Assembly (NCBI RefSeq): GCF_029504745.1
Contig: NZ_JAQFIQ010000038.1
Coordinates: 1-22,279, forward strand
DNA from: Breznakia sp. PF5-3
GTDB lineage: Bacteria > Bacillota_I > Bacilli_A > Erysipelotrichales > Erysipelotrichaceae
Direction of reading: 5' to 3'
Length of the DNA stretch: 22,279 nucleotides
How positions within the stretch are numbered: the stretch's first letter is position 1; the number at the start of each line of letters is the position of its first letter. The notes below the pieces were generated by a model. It was not told the DNA's origin and did no database searches. It saw only the letters and a list, made by a program, of their open reading frames with translations. Position numbers and translations under genes: made by a program. Positions 1 to 7,895 of this stretch are shown piece after piece.

Positions 1-89
1 AAAATAAAATGCAACACGTAAAGGTGTAACCAAATGAAATGAGGCCCCATTTAGGGGCAGCTGTTGGAGGAGGGCTATGCCCGCATAGT

Positions 90-114
90 AAAAAACCACC
101 GGCTTAGCCGGTGG
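90..114 (-). terminator. Rho-independent terminator downstream of tRNA-Gly
   Basis: GC-rich hairpin CCACCGGC (96-103) / GCCGGTGG (107-114). On the minus strand a T6 run follows it (A-run 90-95 on +). On the + strand ATATTTATTTT follows, so weak bidirectional function is possible. Confidence 0.7.
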
Positions 115-130
115 ATATTTATTTTAAATA

Positions 131-204
131 TGGAGCGGGTGATGAGAATCGAACTCACGTAGTCAGCTTGGAAGGCTGAAGTTCTACCATTAAACTACAC
201 CCGC
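131..204 (-). tRNA. tRNA-Gly (anticodon UCC), CCA encoded
   Basis: The reverse complement reads GCGGGTGTAGTTTAATGGTAGAACTTCAGCCTTCCAAGCTGACTACGTGAGTTCGATTCTCATCACCCGCTCCA (74 nt). Acceptor stem GCGGGTG/CACCCGC; anticodon stem TCAGC/GCTGA with loop CTTCCAA (anticodon TCC); T-arm GTGAG-TTCGATT-CTCAT; 3' CCA. Confidence 0.92.
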
Positions 205-221
205 AAAGATAATGCATTATT

Positions 222-250
222 AAAATATCATTTTTTTGAATAATTTTCAA
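222..250 (-). promoter_or_regulatory. Possible sigma-A promoter for tRNA-Gly
   Basis: The minus strand reads TTGAAA (250..245), a 17-nt spacer ending in TGA, then TATTTT (227..222). The -10 hexamer ends about 17 nt upstream of the tRNA 5' end. The -10 is only a moderate match. Confidence 0.3.
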
Positions 251-264
251 GTGTAGATATAAAA

Positions 265-825
265 TTAGTCAATTTTAATATTCATAGAATGAAGGGCACG
301 ATGAATTTTAGAAATGCTGTTTTCCTTGTAAGTAAGATGAATCAATTGTAGAATATTTTGAAAATTTTCCAGCCCATTATGTTCTCTTTTATATTCATAT
401 TCAATTTCATAATCAACCATACCATTGTATTCATTAATATCAAAACACAATTCATAGTCATCACTTTCAAAGACTGCACGATCAGTTTTTAAATGAGCAA
501 GCATTTGAAAAGGACCATAGATTTGAAAGTTATCTAGTGTTTCTTTAATGGTAGCAGAAGTAAAGACTGCAGCATCGTTTTTGAAGACTTCGCATTCATA
601 CTCAAATAAAGTGTTATTGTTGAATTTTTTGAGTGTAAAAAGATAGTGGTTTTCTTTTTCTCGAATTCGCATTGCGCCATGATGTTTTATGATATCGAAG
701 TGTTCATTATCATAATATGTGTTTATTTGAGTAATAAATTTGATTTTGGGATAGTATGATAATAGTTTATAAAATTGTTCTTTTGTGACTAGTATCTTGT
801 ACTCTTTTTCAATGTGTTTTTCCAT
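265..825 (-). CDS. CYTH-domain protein (YjbK-like triphosphate tunnel enzyme family)
   Basis: The ORF track gives 265..882. The ExExK-type signature sits right after the internal Met (MEKHIEKEYKILVTKEQF), as at the N-terminus of YjbK-type CYTH proteins, so the start is placed at 825. The first 19 aa of the long ORF would overlap the NAD kinase gene. The start is uncertain because no SD precedes any candidate ATG. Confidence 0.7.
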   Translation of the reverse strand: MEKHIEKEYKILVTKEQFYKLLSYYPKIKFITQINTYYDNEHFDIIKHHGAMRIREKENHYLFTLKKFNNNTLFEYECEVFKNDAAVFTSATIKETLDNFQIYGPFQMLAHLKTDRAVFESDDYELCFDINEYNGMVDYEIEYEYKREHNGLENFQNILQLIHLTYKENSISKIHRALHSMNIKID

Positions 826-847
826 ACAAGTATGATACAATGAATTC

Positions 848-1639
848 ATGATAAAAGAAATACATATTAAGAAATTTTCCATTGTTTCAAAACATGATCA
901 AAATTCTGAAAGAATGGAAGCAAAAGTAAAAACAACGTTATTAGAGAATGGACTCATTTATGATAAGGCAAATCCAGAGCTCGTTATTTGTATTGGTGGA
1001 GATGGAACCTTATTATATGCAGTGCATCATTATTTAGAGCAATTAGAGAGTGTTTATTTTGTTGCAATTCATACAGGAAACTTAGGCTTTTTCACTGACT
1101 ATCGTGAAGCAAATGTTGATGCTTGTATTCAAGATATTCTAAAAGGAGAGGTTTATGAAATTTTCAATTCTTCACTGCTAGAAGCACGTGTGAATAACGA
1201 AACATTATACGCATTAAATGAAGTTCGTATTGAAAATATTACCCGTACACAATTGGTTGATATTTTTGTAGATGGAGAGCTTTTTGAAAAGTTTAAAGGA
1301 AATGGAATATGTTTAAGTACACAGGCTGGTTCAACTGCATATAATAGGTCTTTAAAAGGCGCTGTTGTAGACAGTGGGTTATCATTGATGCAGCTTACAG
1401 AGATTGCCGGGATTCATGATAGCAATCATCGCTCACTTGGGGTTCCATATATTTTAAAAGATGATCGTGATATCAAAATTACAAGTGATGACTTTGAAGG
1501 GGCTTTTCTATGTTATGATCATAAACAAATATCACTAGATCATACAAAGGAGATAAATTGCATGATGAGTGATAAAAAGGTTCGTTTTATCCGATATAGA
1601 AAATACAGTTATTTGGAAAGAGTAAAAACTTTATATTAG
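848..1639 (+). CDS. nadK: NAD(+) kinase
   Basis: GGDGTLL motif (VICIGGDGTLLYAVHHY), an N-terminal KFSIVSK strand and NEVRIEN...STQAGSTAYNRSLKG are typical of PpnK/NadK. A CYTH gene lies next to the NAD kinase gene, as yjbK does near ppnK in Bacillus. Confidence 0.9.
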   Translation: MIKEIHIKKFSIVSKHDQNSERMEAKVKTTLLENGLIYDKANPELVICIGGDGTLLYAVHHYLEQLESVYFVAIHTGNLGFFTDYREANVDACIQDILKGEVYEIFNSSLLEARVNNETLYALNEVRIENITRTQLVDIFVDGELFEKFKGNGICLSTQAGSTAYNRSLKGAVVDSGLSLMQLTEIAGIHDSNHRSLGVPYILKDDRDIKITSDDFEGAFLCYDHKQISLDHTKEINCMMSDKKVRFIRYRKYSYLERVKTLY

Positions 1640-1644
1640 AAAAT

Positions 1645-1675
1645 AAGAAACTGATGAAACAGTTTCTTTCTTTTG
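1645..1675 (+). terminator. Rho-independent terminator after nadK
   Basis: 9-bp stem AAGAAACTG (1645-1653) / CAGTTTCTT (1660-1668), loop ATGAAA, followed by TCTTTT. Confidence 0.65.
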
Positions 1676-1712
1676 GTATAGGGGATTAGTTATAATTTTT
1701 TTCTACTTATAC

Positions 1713-1741
1713 TTGACAAGCTAACGAATGTTATCTAAAAT
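1713..1741 (+). promoter_or_regulatory. Sigma-A type promoter for the membrane-protein/TetR operon
   Basis: TTGACA (1713-1718), exactly 17 nt, then TAAAAT (1736-1741). It lies about 40 nt upstream of the ATG at 1780, which has the RBS TAGGAGGT. Confidence 0.6.
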
Positions 1742-1762
1742 TAAGGTAACGGTCGTTAGCTT
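1719..1762. promoter_or_regulatory. Long imperfect palindrome overlapping the promoter, a candidate TetR operator
   Basis: AAGCTAACGA (1719-1728) is the perfect reverse complement of TCGTTAGCTT (1753-1762). Inner arms GTTATC / GGTAAC extend the symmetry. The element spans the promoter spacer, the -10 box and the start of the leader. Confidence 0.45.
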
Positions 1763-1779
1763 AATTTTAGGAGGTAAGT

Positions 1780-2199
1780 ATGAAACTATATTTTGGAAAT
1801 ATGATTACGATGATAACAACAATATCGTTGTTAGGTTTACTTGTATATATTGGATATTCATTTATGAATCGCTCAACCCTTGATCATTGGGGGAGAAGGA
1901 TTATAATTTTGCTTGTTGTAGGCTTAGTTGTATGTTGTTTTGCAGTGACGAGAGATAATTATCATCACTCTGTGCAACATGCAATCGATGGATCAATAGA
2001 TCCAGGCTTGTTTACGATAAAAAGTATACAATCTAATATTTGTTGTATGCTTGCAGGTGTTATTGTTTTGAGTGGCATTGTTAGTATTTTTATGAGGAAT
2101 CAGGATGCAAGACAAATATGCTTTTTTATAATAGCGGTGTGTATTTGCTTAAAAATTGGTATAATAGAAGTCTCAAGGGTATCTATGTATTTGAGCTAG
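1780..2199 (+). CDS. Small integral membrane protein (about 4 predicted TM helices), unknown function
   Basis: 139-aa ORF with a strong RBS (AGGAGG 6-8 nt upstream). It has four hydrophobic stretches, for example ITMITTISLLGLLVYIGYSF and IIILLVVGLVVCCFAVT. I recognised no family motif. Confidence 0.6.
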   Translation: MKLYFGNMITMITTISLLGLLVYIGYSFMNRSTLDHWGRRIIILLVVGLVVCCFAVTRDNYHHSVQHAIDGSIDPGLFTIKSIQSNICCMLAGVIVLSGIVSIFMRNQDARQICFFIIAVCICLKIGIIEVSRVSMYLS

Positions 2200-2222
2200 G
2201 ATAGATGCTGGAAGGAGTTCTT

Positions 2223-2852
2223 ATGGGAAAAAGGAATACGAAAAAAATCATTTTAGAAGAAGCTTTGGATCTTTTTTCGCTTGAAGGCTATGCAGGAGTT
2301 GGTGTACGTGCAATCGCTAAACGAGTTGGTATAAAGGAAAGCTCAATATATAAGCATTTTAAAAGTAAGGAAGATATTTTTAATTCTTTGCTTGCGGAAA
2401 TGGAAGAACGTTATCAACAAGCTGCATTAGAATATCAACTTCCTCAAGGTGATATTGATGAAGTTGCAGATAGCTATCAGACAATTGATTTAGATAGTTT
2501 GAAAAAACTTAGTCGTCAATTATTTTTGTTTTTTCTAAAAGATCCTTATGCATCAAAATTTCGTCGAATGTTAGAGAACGAACGACATAAGAACATAAAA
2601 GCTAAGGAGATGTATCAATCCTTATTTATTGATGATGGATTATCATTTCAAGGAAATATCTTTGCTCAATTGATTGCTAAGGGAGCATTTGTGGAAAGTG
2701 ATCCTCAAATCGTTGCCTTACATTTCTATGCCCCCATATTTTTGATGTTTCAAAAATATGATGATCAACCAGAAATGGAATCACAGGCATTATCTATGTT
2801 AGATGCACATGTTGAACAATTTAGTAAACGGTACGTAAAGAAAGGAAAATAA
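2223..2852 (+). CDS. TetR/AcrR-family transcriptional regulator
   Basis: N-terminal TetR HTH (ILEEALDLFSLEGYAGVGVRAIAKRVGIKESSIYKHFKSKEDIF). The start is moved to the ATG at 2223 because GAAGGAG (2211-2217) lies 5 nt upstream. The track ORF starts at 2205. Confidence 0.85.
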   Translation: MGKRNTKKIILEEALDLFSLEGYAGVGVRAIAKRVGIKESSIYKHFKSKEDIFNSLLAEMEERYQQAALEYQLPQGDIDEVADSYQTIDLDSLKKLSRQLFLFFLKDPYASKFRRMLENERHKNIKAKEMYQSLFIDDGLSFQGNIFAQLIAKGAFVESDPQIVALHFYAPIFLMFQKYDDQPEMESQALSMLDAHVEQFSKRYVKKGK

Positions 2853-2867
2853 GCCTTTCTTTTTTTG
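2838..2867 (+). terminator. Weak AT-rich terminator overlapping the TetR stop codon
   Basis: AAGAAAGG (2838-2845) pairs with CCTTTCTT (2854-2861), followed by T5-6. The stem has low GC, so confidence is low. Confidence 0.4.
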
Positions 2868-2942
2868 TGAATGAAAAACATTTTTTTCTTTACATTTTCG
2901 TGAAATAAAATAATTAATTTTCAGAATTTTTATGGTTGAAAA

Positions 2943-2962
2943 TGTACTATAATAGATTGTAC
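2943..2962 (+). promoter_or_regulatory. Probable nrdD -10 region flanked by a TGTAC direct repeat
   Basis: Perfect TATAAT at 2948-2953, 24 nt upstream of the nrdD ATG, but no good -35. TGTAC occurs at 2943-2947 and 2958-2962 on either side of it. Confidence 0.35.
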
Positions 2963-2977
2963 AGGGAGGTAATACGT

Positions 2978-5338
2978 ATGATTGAAAAAATACAAAAACG
3001 CGATGGCCGAGTGATAACATTTGTTCCTGAAAAGATAACAAGAGCAATCTTTTTAGCTGCTAGTGCAATTGCGAAAGAAGATGGTGTAGAAGCTGATTAT
3101 GAATTAGCGGAAAGGATAACTGATCAGGTGGTTGGTTATTTAAACAGTGTTTACAAACATACAGTCCCAAGCGTAGAACAAGTACAGGATGCAGTAGTTA
3201 GAGTTTTGATTGAAACAGGGTATGCAAGAACGAGTGAAGCTTATATTTTATATCGTAGTGAAAGATCAAGAATTCGTAACTTAAAGACTAGATTGATGAA
3301 ATCAATTGAAGAAATAACGTTTTCTGATGCAAAAGATTCTGACATGAAAAGGGATAATGCGAACATTGATGGTAATACAGCTATGGGTACAATGCTTCAA
3401 TATGGAAGTGCTGTATCAAAAGAATATTGTTTGTCACAAGTGATAAATCCAAAATATGCGAAAATGCATGAGGATGGAGACATTCATATTCATGATTTGG
3501 ATTTTATGAACATGGGTACTCTAACATGTTGTCAAATTGATTTGGATAAGTTGTTCCACGGAGGTTTTTCAACAGGACATGGTTTTTTAAGAGAACCACA
3601 GGATATCGCTTCCTATGCTGCATTAGCAGCAATTGCGATTCAAAGTAATCAAAATGACCAACATGGTGGACAAAGTATTCCAGCATTTGATTACTATTTA
3701 GCAAATGGAGTTGCGAAAACTTTCAGAAAAAAATATATTAGTAATTTAAATAAGGCGATTGAACTTATTCTTGGTAAAGATGTTGATCTTCGTGAGGATG
3801 TAAAAGTAATTGAAAAAGAAGTAGGTAAAAAGCCAACCTTGGATATGGATTATGCATTCTTGGATGCATTGAATGCATATTTGAAGAAAACTTTTAATAC
3901 GGATGATGAAACGGTAAAGAAAATAAATACGTTTACTTATAAAGAAGCAAGAAATGAAACAGATAAAGCTACTTATCAAGCAATGGAAGGATTTATTCAT
4001 AATTTGAATACTATGCATTCAAGAGCTGGAGCTCAAGTTCCATTCTCAAGTATTAATTTTGGTACAGATACATCAGTAGAAGGAAGAATGTTGATGAAGA
4101 ACTTATTGCTTGCGCAAGAAGCAGGGTTAGGAAATGGTGAAACACCAATCTTCCCAATTCTTATTTTCAAGGTTAAAGAAGGTGTGAATTATAACCCAGG
4201 AGATCCTAACTATGATTTATTTAAGTTAAGTTTAAGAGTAAGTGCAAAGCGTTTATTCCCTAACTTTGTATTTGTGGATGCTCCATATAATTTACAATAT
4301 TATGATCCAAATGATTTTAAAAGTGAAATTGCGACGATGGGATGTCGGACTAGAGTGCTTTCTAATGTAAATGGTCCAGATACTCCAGTTGGAAGAGGGA
4401 ATAACTCTTTCACAACGATTAATTTACCTCGTTTAGGAATTAAACATGGTGTAGTTGGAAAAAAAGGTTTCTTTGACAAGAGTGCTTTTTTCCAAGAGTT
4501 AGATGAAGAATTGGAAATTGTAATCTCCCAATTGTTGGAACGTGGTGCAATCCAATCAGATAGAAAAGTGAAGAATTTCCCATTCTTGATGGGACAAGGT
4601 GTATGGATTGATAGTGAAAACTTGGATTGGAATGATACTTTGGAAGAAGCGGTTAAACATGGTACCTTTTCAATTGGATTTATTGGATTGGCAGAATGTT
4701 TGGTAGCGTTAATTGGTGAACATCATGGAGAAAGTGATGATGCACAAGAGTTAGGGTTAGAAATTGTAGGATATATGCGTAAAAAAGCTGATGATGCAGT
4801 TAAGAAATATCAATTAAACTTTAGTATTATTGCAACACCTGCTGAAGGACTATCAGGGCGGTTTACAAAAATCGACCGTAAAAAATATGGTGAAATTCGT
4901 GGTGTAACAGATCGTGAATATTATACAAATTCAAATCATGTTCCTGTGTATTATCCAATTTCTGCATTTGAAAAAATTCAAAAAGAAGCACCTTATCATG
5001 AAATGACAAATGCTGGGCACATCGCTTATGTTGAATTGGATGGAGATCCAATTAAAAACCTAGATGCGTTTGAAGAAGTTGTTCGTTGTATGAAAGAGAG
5101 CGGTGTTGGATATGGAAGTATCAATCATCCTGTCGATCGTGATCCAGTCTGTGGTTTTTCAGGTGTAATCGATGATAATATTTGTCCAAAATGTGGACGT
5201 GATGAAGATAAGAGTGAAGTGAAATTCGATCGTATCAGAAGGATAACGGGATATTTAGTAGGAACATTGGATCGCTTTAATAACGGAAAAGCTGCGGAAG
5301 AACGCGATCGCTTAAAACACAATGTTAAAGAAGATTAG
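2978..5338 (+). CDS. nrdD: Anaerobic (class III) ribonucleoside-triphosphate reductase
   Basis: N-terminal ATP-cone (KIQKRDGRVITFVPEKITRAI), the core motif HNLNTMHSRAGAQVPFSSINFG, a C-terminal Cys cluster (CGFSG...CPKCG) and the glycyl-radical motif RRITGYLVG. The start is set at 2978 (RBS AGGGAGG); the track start at 2936 is a TTG with no RBS. Confidence 0.93.
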   Translation: MIEKIQKRDGRVITFVPEKITRAIFLAASAIAKEDGVEADYELAERITDQVVGYLNSVYKHTVPSVEQVQDAVVRVLIETGYARTSEAYILYRSERSRIRNLKTRLMKSIEEITFSDAKDSDMKRDNANIDGNTAMGTMLQYGSAVSKEYCLSQVINPKYAKMHEDGDIHIHDLDFMNMGTLTCCQIDLDKLFHGGFSTGHGFLREPQDIASYAALAAIAIQSNQNDQHGGQSIPAFDYYLANGVAKTFRKKYISNLNKAIELILGKDVDLREDVKVIEKEVGKKPTLDMDYAFLDALNAYLKKTFNTDDETVKKINTFTYKEARNETDKATYQAMEGFIHNLNTMHSRAGAQVPFSSINFGTDTSVEGRMLMKNLLLAQEAGLGNGETPIFPILIFKVKEGVNYNPGDPNYDLFKLSLRVSAKRLFPNFVFVDAPYNLQYYDPNDFKSEIATMGCRTRVLSNVNGPDTPVGRGNNSFTTINLPRLGIKHGVVGKKGFFDKSAFFQELDEELEIVISQLLERGAIQSDRKVKNFPFLMGQGVWIDSENLDWNDTLEEAVKHGTFSIGFIGLAECLVALIGEHHGESDDAQELGLEIVGYMRKKADDAVKKYQLNFSIIATPAEGLSGRFTKIDRKKYGEIRGVTDREYYTNSNHVPVYYPISAFEKIQKEAPYHEMTNAGHIAYVELDGDPIKNLDAFEEVVRCMKESGVGYGSINHPVDRDPVCGFSGVIDDNICPKCGRDEDKSEVKFDRIRRITGYLVGTLDRFNNGKAAEERDRLKHNVKED

Positions 5339-5822
5339 ACTTGCTTCAGAGTTAACCTTTGACAGTATTGTTGATGGACCTGGCTTACGAGTGGTCTTAT
5401 GGACACAAGGTTGTCCACACCAATGTAAAGGATGTCATAACCCAGAAACATGGGATATGGAAAAAGGGTTTCTCAAAGATGTTGATGAAATCATCGATGC
5501 CATTAAAGCAAGTAGGTTACAAAAAGGCCTTACGATTTCAGGAGGAGAACCTTTCTTACAACCAAAGCCACTAATTGAAATAGCTAAAGCAGTAAAACAG
5601 CTGGGAATGAATATCTGGATTTATAGTGGATATACCTATGAAGAAATTATCGCTGATCAAGATAAGCGAGCCTTACTTGAACAAGTGGATGTATTAGTGG
5701 ATGGAAAATTTATAGAGGAGTTAAAATCTTATAAATTGCTATTTAAAGGTTCTAGTAATCAACGGATCGTTGATGTACCTAGATCATTATTAAAACAAGA
5801 AATTGTTTTGTTAGAAGATTAA
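5322..5822 (+). CDS. nrdG: Anaerobic ribonucleotide reductase activating protein (radical SAM)
   Basis: SIVDGPGLRVVLWTQGCPHQCKGCHN contains the CxxxCxxC radical-SAM cluster motif of NrdG. The ATG overlaps the last 17 nt of nrdD, which suggests translational coupling. Confidence 0.9.
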   Translation: MLKKIRLASELTFDSIVDGPGLRVVLWTQGCPHQCKGCHNPETWDMEKGFLKDVDEIIDAIKASRLQKGLTISGGEPFLQPKPLIEIAKAVKQLGMNIWIYSGYTYEEIIADQDKRALLEQVDVLVDGKFIEELKSYKLLFKGSSNQRIVDVPRSLLKQEIVLLED

Positions 5823-5827
5823 TAAGA

Positions 5828-5869
5828 AAAAAAGCAGTATCAATCACTTGTGATGGTACTGCTTTTGTA
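5828..5869. terminator. Bidirectional terminator between nrdG (+) and the signalling operon (-)
   Basis: Long hairpin AAAGCAGTA...TACTGCTTT (5831-5839 / 5857-5865) with inner pairing ATCA/TGAT. An A7 run lies on the 5' side and TTT on the 3' side. It sits between two convergent stop codons (5822 and 5884). Confidence 0.7.
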
Positions 5870-5883
5870 TGTTTATAAATGAT

Positions 5884-7173
5884 TTATTTGGTGATACAAA
5901 CTTGAATTTTGTAAAGATTGGTATCTTTTTTTGTTTCAACAAAACCACTATTGTTATCTACGATTTCTCGAACTAGTTTAAACTCTGAATTTGCTAAATG
6001 GTTATCTGCTGCTTCTTGGATTTCGTTAGTTTTAATCTCACAGTTAATCATAAACCATCCAGGGCGAATTTTACTTGTTAATGAAATGGTTTTATCTTCA
6101 ACATTTGTACGTTCTGCTAAGGAAATAGCAGTGTTTAATAGAGTTGCGAAAACGATACATAAATCATCTTCATCAAAGGGAAGATCATCAGGAATACTAA
6201 CTAAAGATGTTAGATTGATGCCCTTTGTTTTACAAAGAGAACTAGCATCTAAAATGATAGAATCAACAAGTGGATGATTTGAATATTGAGTAAACTCTTC
6301 ATCTATTTTCTTAGTTTTCTTTAAGAGCTCTTCAATCATATTTTCCAATTCTTCTTTAGAATAATCAATAAATGCATATTCAAGACTATGTAGTAAATTA
6401 AAATAATCATGTTTAATTTTTCTTAACGCTGTTATATATTCCATATTCTTTTTATAGTATTCACGTTGTGTAACTAATTGATTTTCAAGAATTACATTTT
6501 TTGATTGTATTCGTTCAACCGTATCTAGATTTACAAGATAGAAAAACAAAGCTAGATAGGAGAATAAGAAAATAATTGATAAGGCTAAATGATATCCTGG
6601 AATAATTAGTATTGAATAATCAATATAATAAATTAAAGTCATGATATCCAAGAAAACAAAGAAGATAAAAACAGCTGAAGTAATAACACTCATAGTGTAT
6701 TTGTTTTCTATTGTTTGGGTAATTTTTTTTGGTGGGCATATCCAAATAGACAATAGAAATACGGTAATTGAAAAAACTATACCAACTAGTGGGATATGTG
6801 GGTGAACATTAATTTTGGTTTGAAACATTTCATAAAAACTAAATTGACTTGATAATGCATAGATGGAATTGGTAATTCCTTGGGAACATAAAAGAACAAA
6901 AGCAAAGATACTAGCTGAAAACAATTTTTGCATAAATGAACTTTCATAAAAGATAAATGCAGTGATCATAACAAAAAGAAAGACACTCGCCATCTGCAAA
7001 GGATATAAAAAGAAGGTTGTAGCATAACATAAAATAGAGTTTGCAATAAGTAAATAAACCAGAAAAACGGGTTTACTAACTCTAATGGGTTTGAATTTCA
7101 TAAAGTAAAAGCAAAACAAAATACAATAAATATCACTTAATCCAATGTATGCAATATAAAATAGTGTATTCAT
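5884..7173 (-). CDS. Polytopic membrane HPK10 (AgrC/ComD-like) sensor kinase homologue with an atypical ATP-binding region
   Basis: About seven hydrophobic spans fill the first ~215 aa. They are followed by a linker, the H-box RKIKHDYFNLLHSL and a GHKL-like C-terminus. N-box-like FATLLNTAISLA; where AgrC-type kinases carry GxGLGL, this protein has NSEFKLVREIVDNNSGF. RBS GGTGA; the start lies 2 nt after the upstream regulator's stop. Confidence 0.75.
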   Translation of the reverse strand: MNTLFYIAYIGLSDIYCILFCFYFMKFKPIRVSKPVFLVYLLIANSILCYATTFFLYPLQMASVFLFVMITAFIFYESSFMQKLFSASIFAFVLLCSQGITNSIYALSSQFSFYEMFQTKINVHPHIPLVGIVFSITVFLLSIWICPPKKITQTIENKYTMSVITSAVFIFFVFLDIMTLIYYIDYSILIIPGYHLALSIIFLFSYLALFFYLVNLDTVERIQSKNVILENQLVTQREYYKKNMEYITALRKIKHDYFNLLHSLEYAFIDYSKEELENMIEELLKKTKKIDEEFTQYSNHPLVDSIILDASSLCKTKGINLTSLVSIPDDLPFDEDDLCIVFATLLNTAISLAERTNVEDKTISLTSKIRPGWFMINCEIKTNEIQEAADNHLANSEFKLVREIVDNNSGFVETKKDTNLYKIQVCITK

Positions 7174-7175
7174 GT

Positions 7176-7895
7176 TTATTCACCACTTTGTAAATATTCA
7201 GAAAGACGATGTGTAATTTGTGGATAAAATGATTTTCCTACAGCAAGAGTAGTATTGTCAGTAAGTGTCAATTCAGAGCGACTTAACTTTTTCACATACT
7301 CTAAATTAACAATATAGGAACGATGAATTCGACAAAAAGGAAAAGGTTCTAATTCTTTTTCTAAATCATCGATTCTTTTATAGTATTCATAAACTTTGTC
7401 TTTGCAGTTAATAGTCATAATTCTACCAATAATTTCAAAATAACGAATTTCACGCATTGGAATAGAATACATTGTAGCATTTTTCTTGAATACAAAGGTT
7501 GGTTCTTTTTTCTTTGATAATTCAACGGCTTTTAAAAGGACAGCCTCTGCTTGTTCACTATCTAGATCATCTTTTAATAGGTAATGCAAAGGGTTTGAAT
7601 CAAAGGAATCAAACACATGTTCGCGACTTGATGTCACGAAGATAATCTGTGCAGTTGACCCCAGTTTACGAAGTGCATTGGCAACATCGATTCCATTGGT
7701 ATCCCCCATTAAAATATCTAGGATAATAATATCGTATTTAAAATAGTAATCTTCTGCATGAAACAACAAAGCCTCTCCGTTAGGAAACGTTGTTAATTCA
7801 AAATTTAAATTATGTTTTTTTTCAAAATCTCTAACAAACTTTTCTTCCCTGTCAAGCATAGCAGGATTATCATCACATAGACATATTCGGATCAT
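7176..7895 (-). CDS. LytTR-family response regulator (REC + LytTR DNA-binding domain)
   Basis: REC residues are present: CDDN, IIILDILMGDTNG (acceptor Asp), IIFVTSS and LHYLLKD. The C-terminal LytTR signature is FCRIHRSYIVNLEYVKKL. RBS AAGGAG; ATGA start/stop overlap with the upstream kinase (7892-7895). Confidence 0.9.
   Translation of the reverse strand: MIRICLCDDNPAMLDREEKFVRDFEKKHNLNFELTTFPNGEALLFHAEDYYFKYDIIILDILMGDTNGIDVANALRKLGSTAQIIFVTSSREHVFDSFDSNPLHYLLKDDLDSEQAEAVLLKAVELSKKKEPTFVFKKNATMYSIPMREIRYFEIIGRIMTINCKDKVYEYYKRIDDLEKELEPFPFCRIHRSYIVNLEYVKKLSRSELTLTDNTTLAVGKSFYPQITHRLSEYLQSGE

Noticed and set aside
131-204. tRNA-Gly as an integration site for a genomic island.
   Set aside because: There is no integrase gene, no second copy of the tRNA 3' end anywhere in the window that I could see, and the adjacent genes are core metabolism.
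2936-2977. Longer N-terminal extensions are offered by the ORF track: nrdD from TTG 2936, the permease from GTG 13113, TetR from 2205, the CYTH gene from 882, and the ATPase from GTG 14715.
   Set aside because: For nrdD, the permease, TetR and the ATPase, a downstream ATG has a properly spaced SD and matches where homologous proteins begin. For the CYTH gene only the homologue-start argument applies, because no candidate ATG has an SD. The extensions add non-homologous residues and, for the CYTH gene, would overlap nadK.
2890-2977. A possible NrdR box or Rex box upstream of nrdD: TTCGTGAAATAAAATAAT around 2896-2913, and TGTAC-N10-TGTAC around the -10.
   Set aside because: Only one GTGAA half-site is present, with no matching TTCAC half. 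The TGTAC elements are a direct repeat rather than the 16-bp NrdR-type palindrome, and I saw no tandem pair of boxes. It is kept only as a low-confidence regulatory note.
5359-5574. A 71-aa same-strand ORF inside nrdG, in a different frame.
   Set aside because: The nrdG frame carries the radical-SAM CxxxCxxC motif and full-length homology. The alternative frame has no RBS and no recognisable motif.
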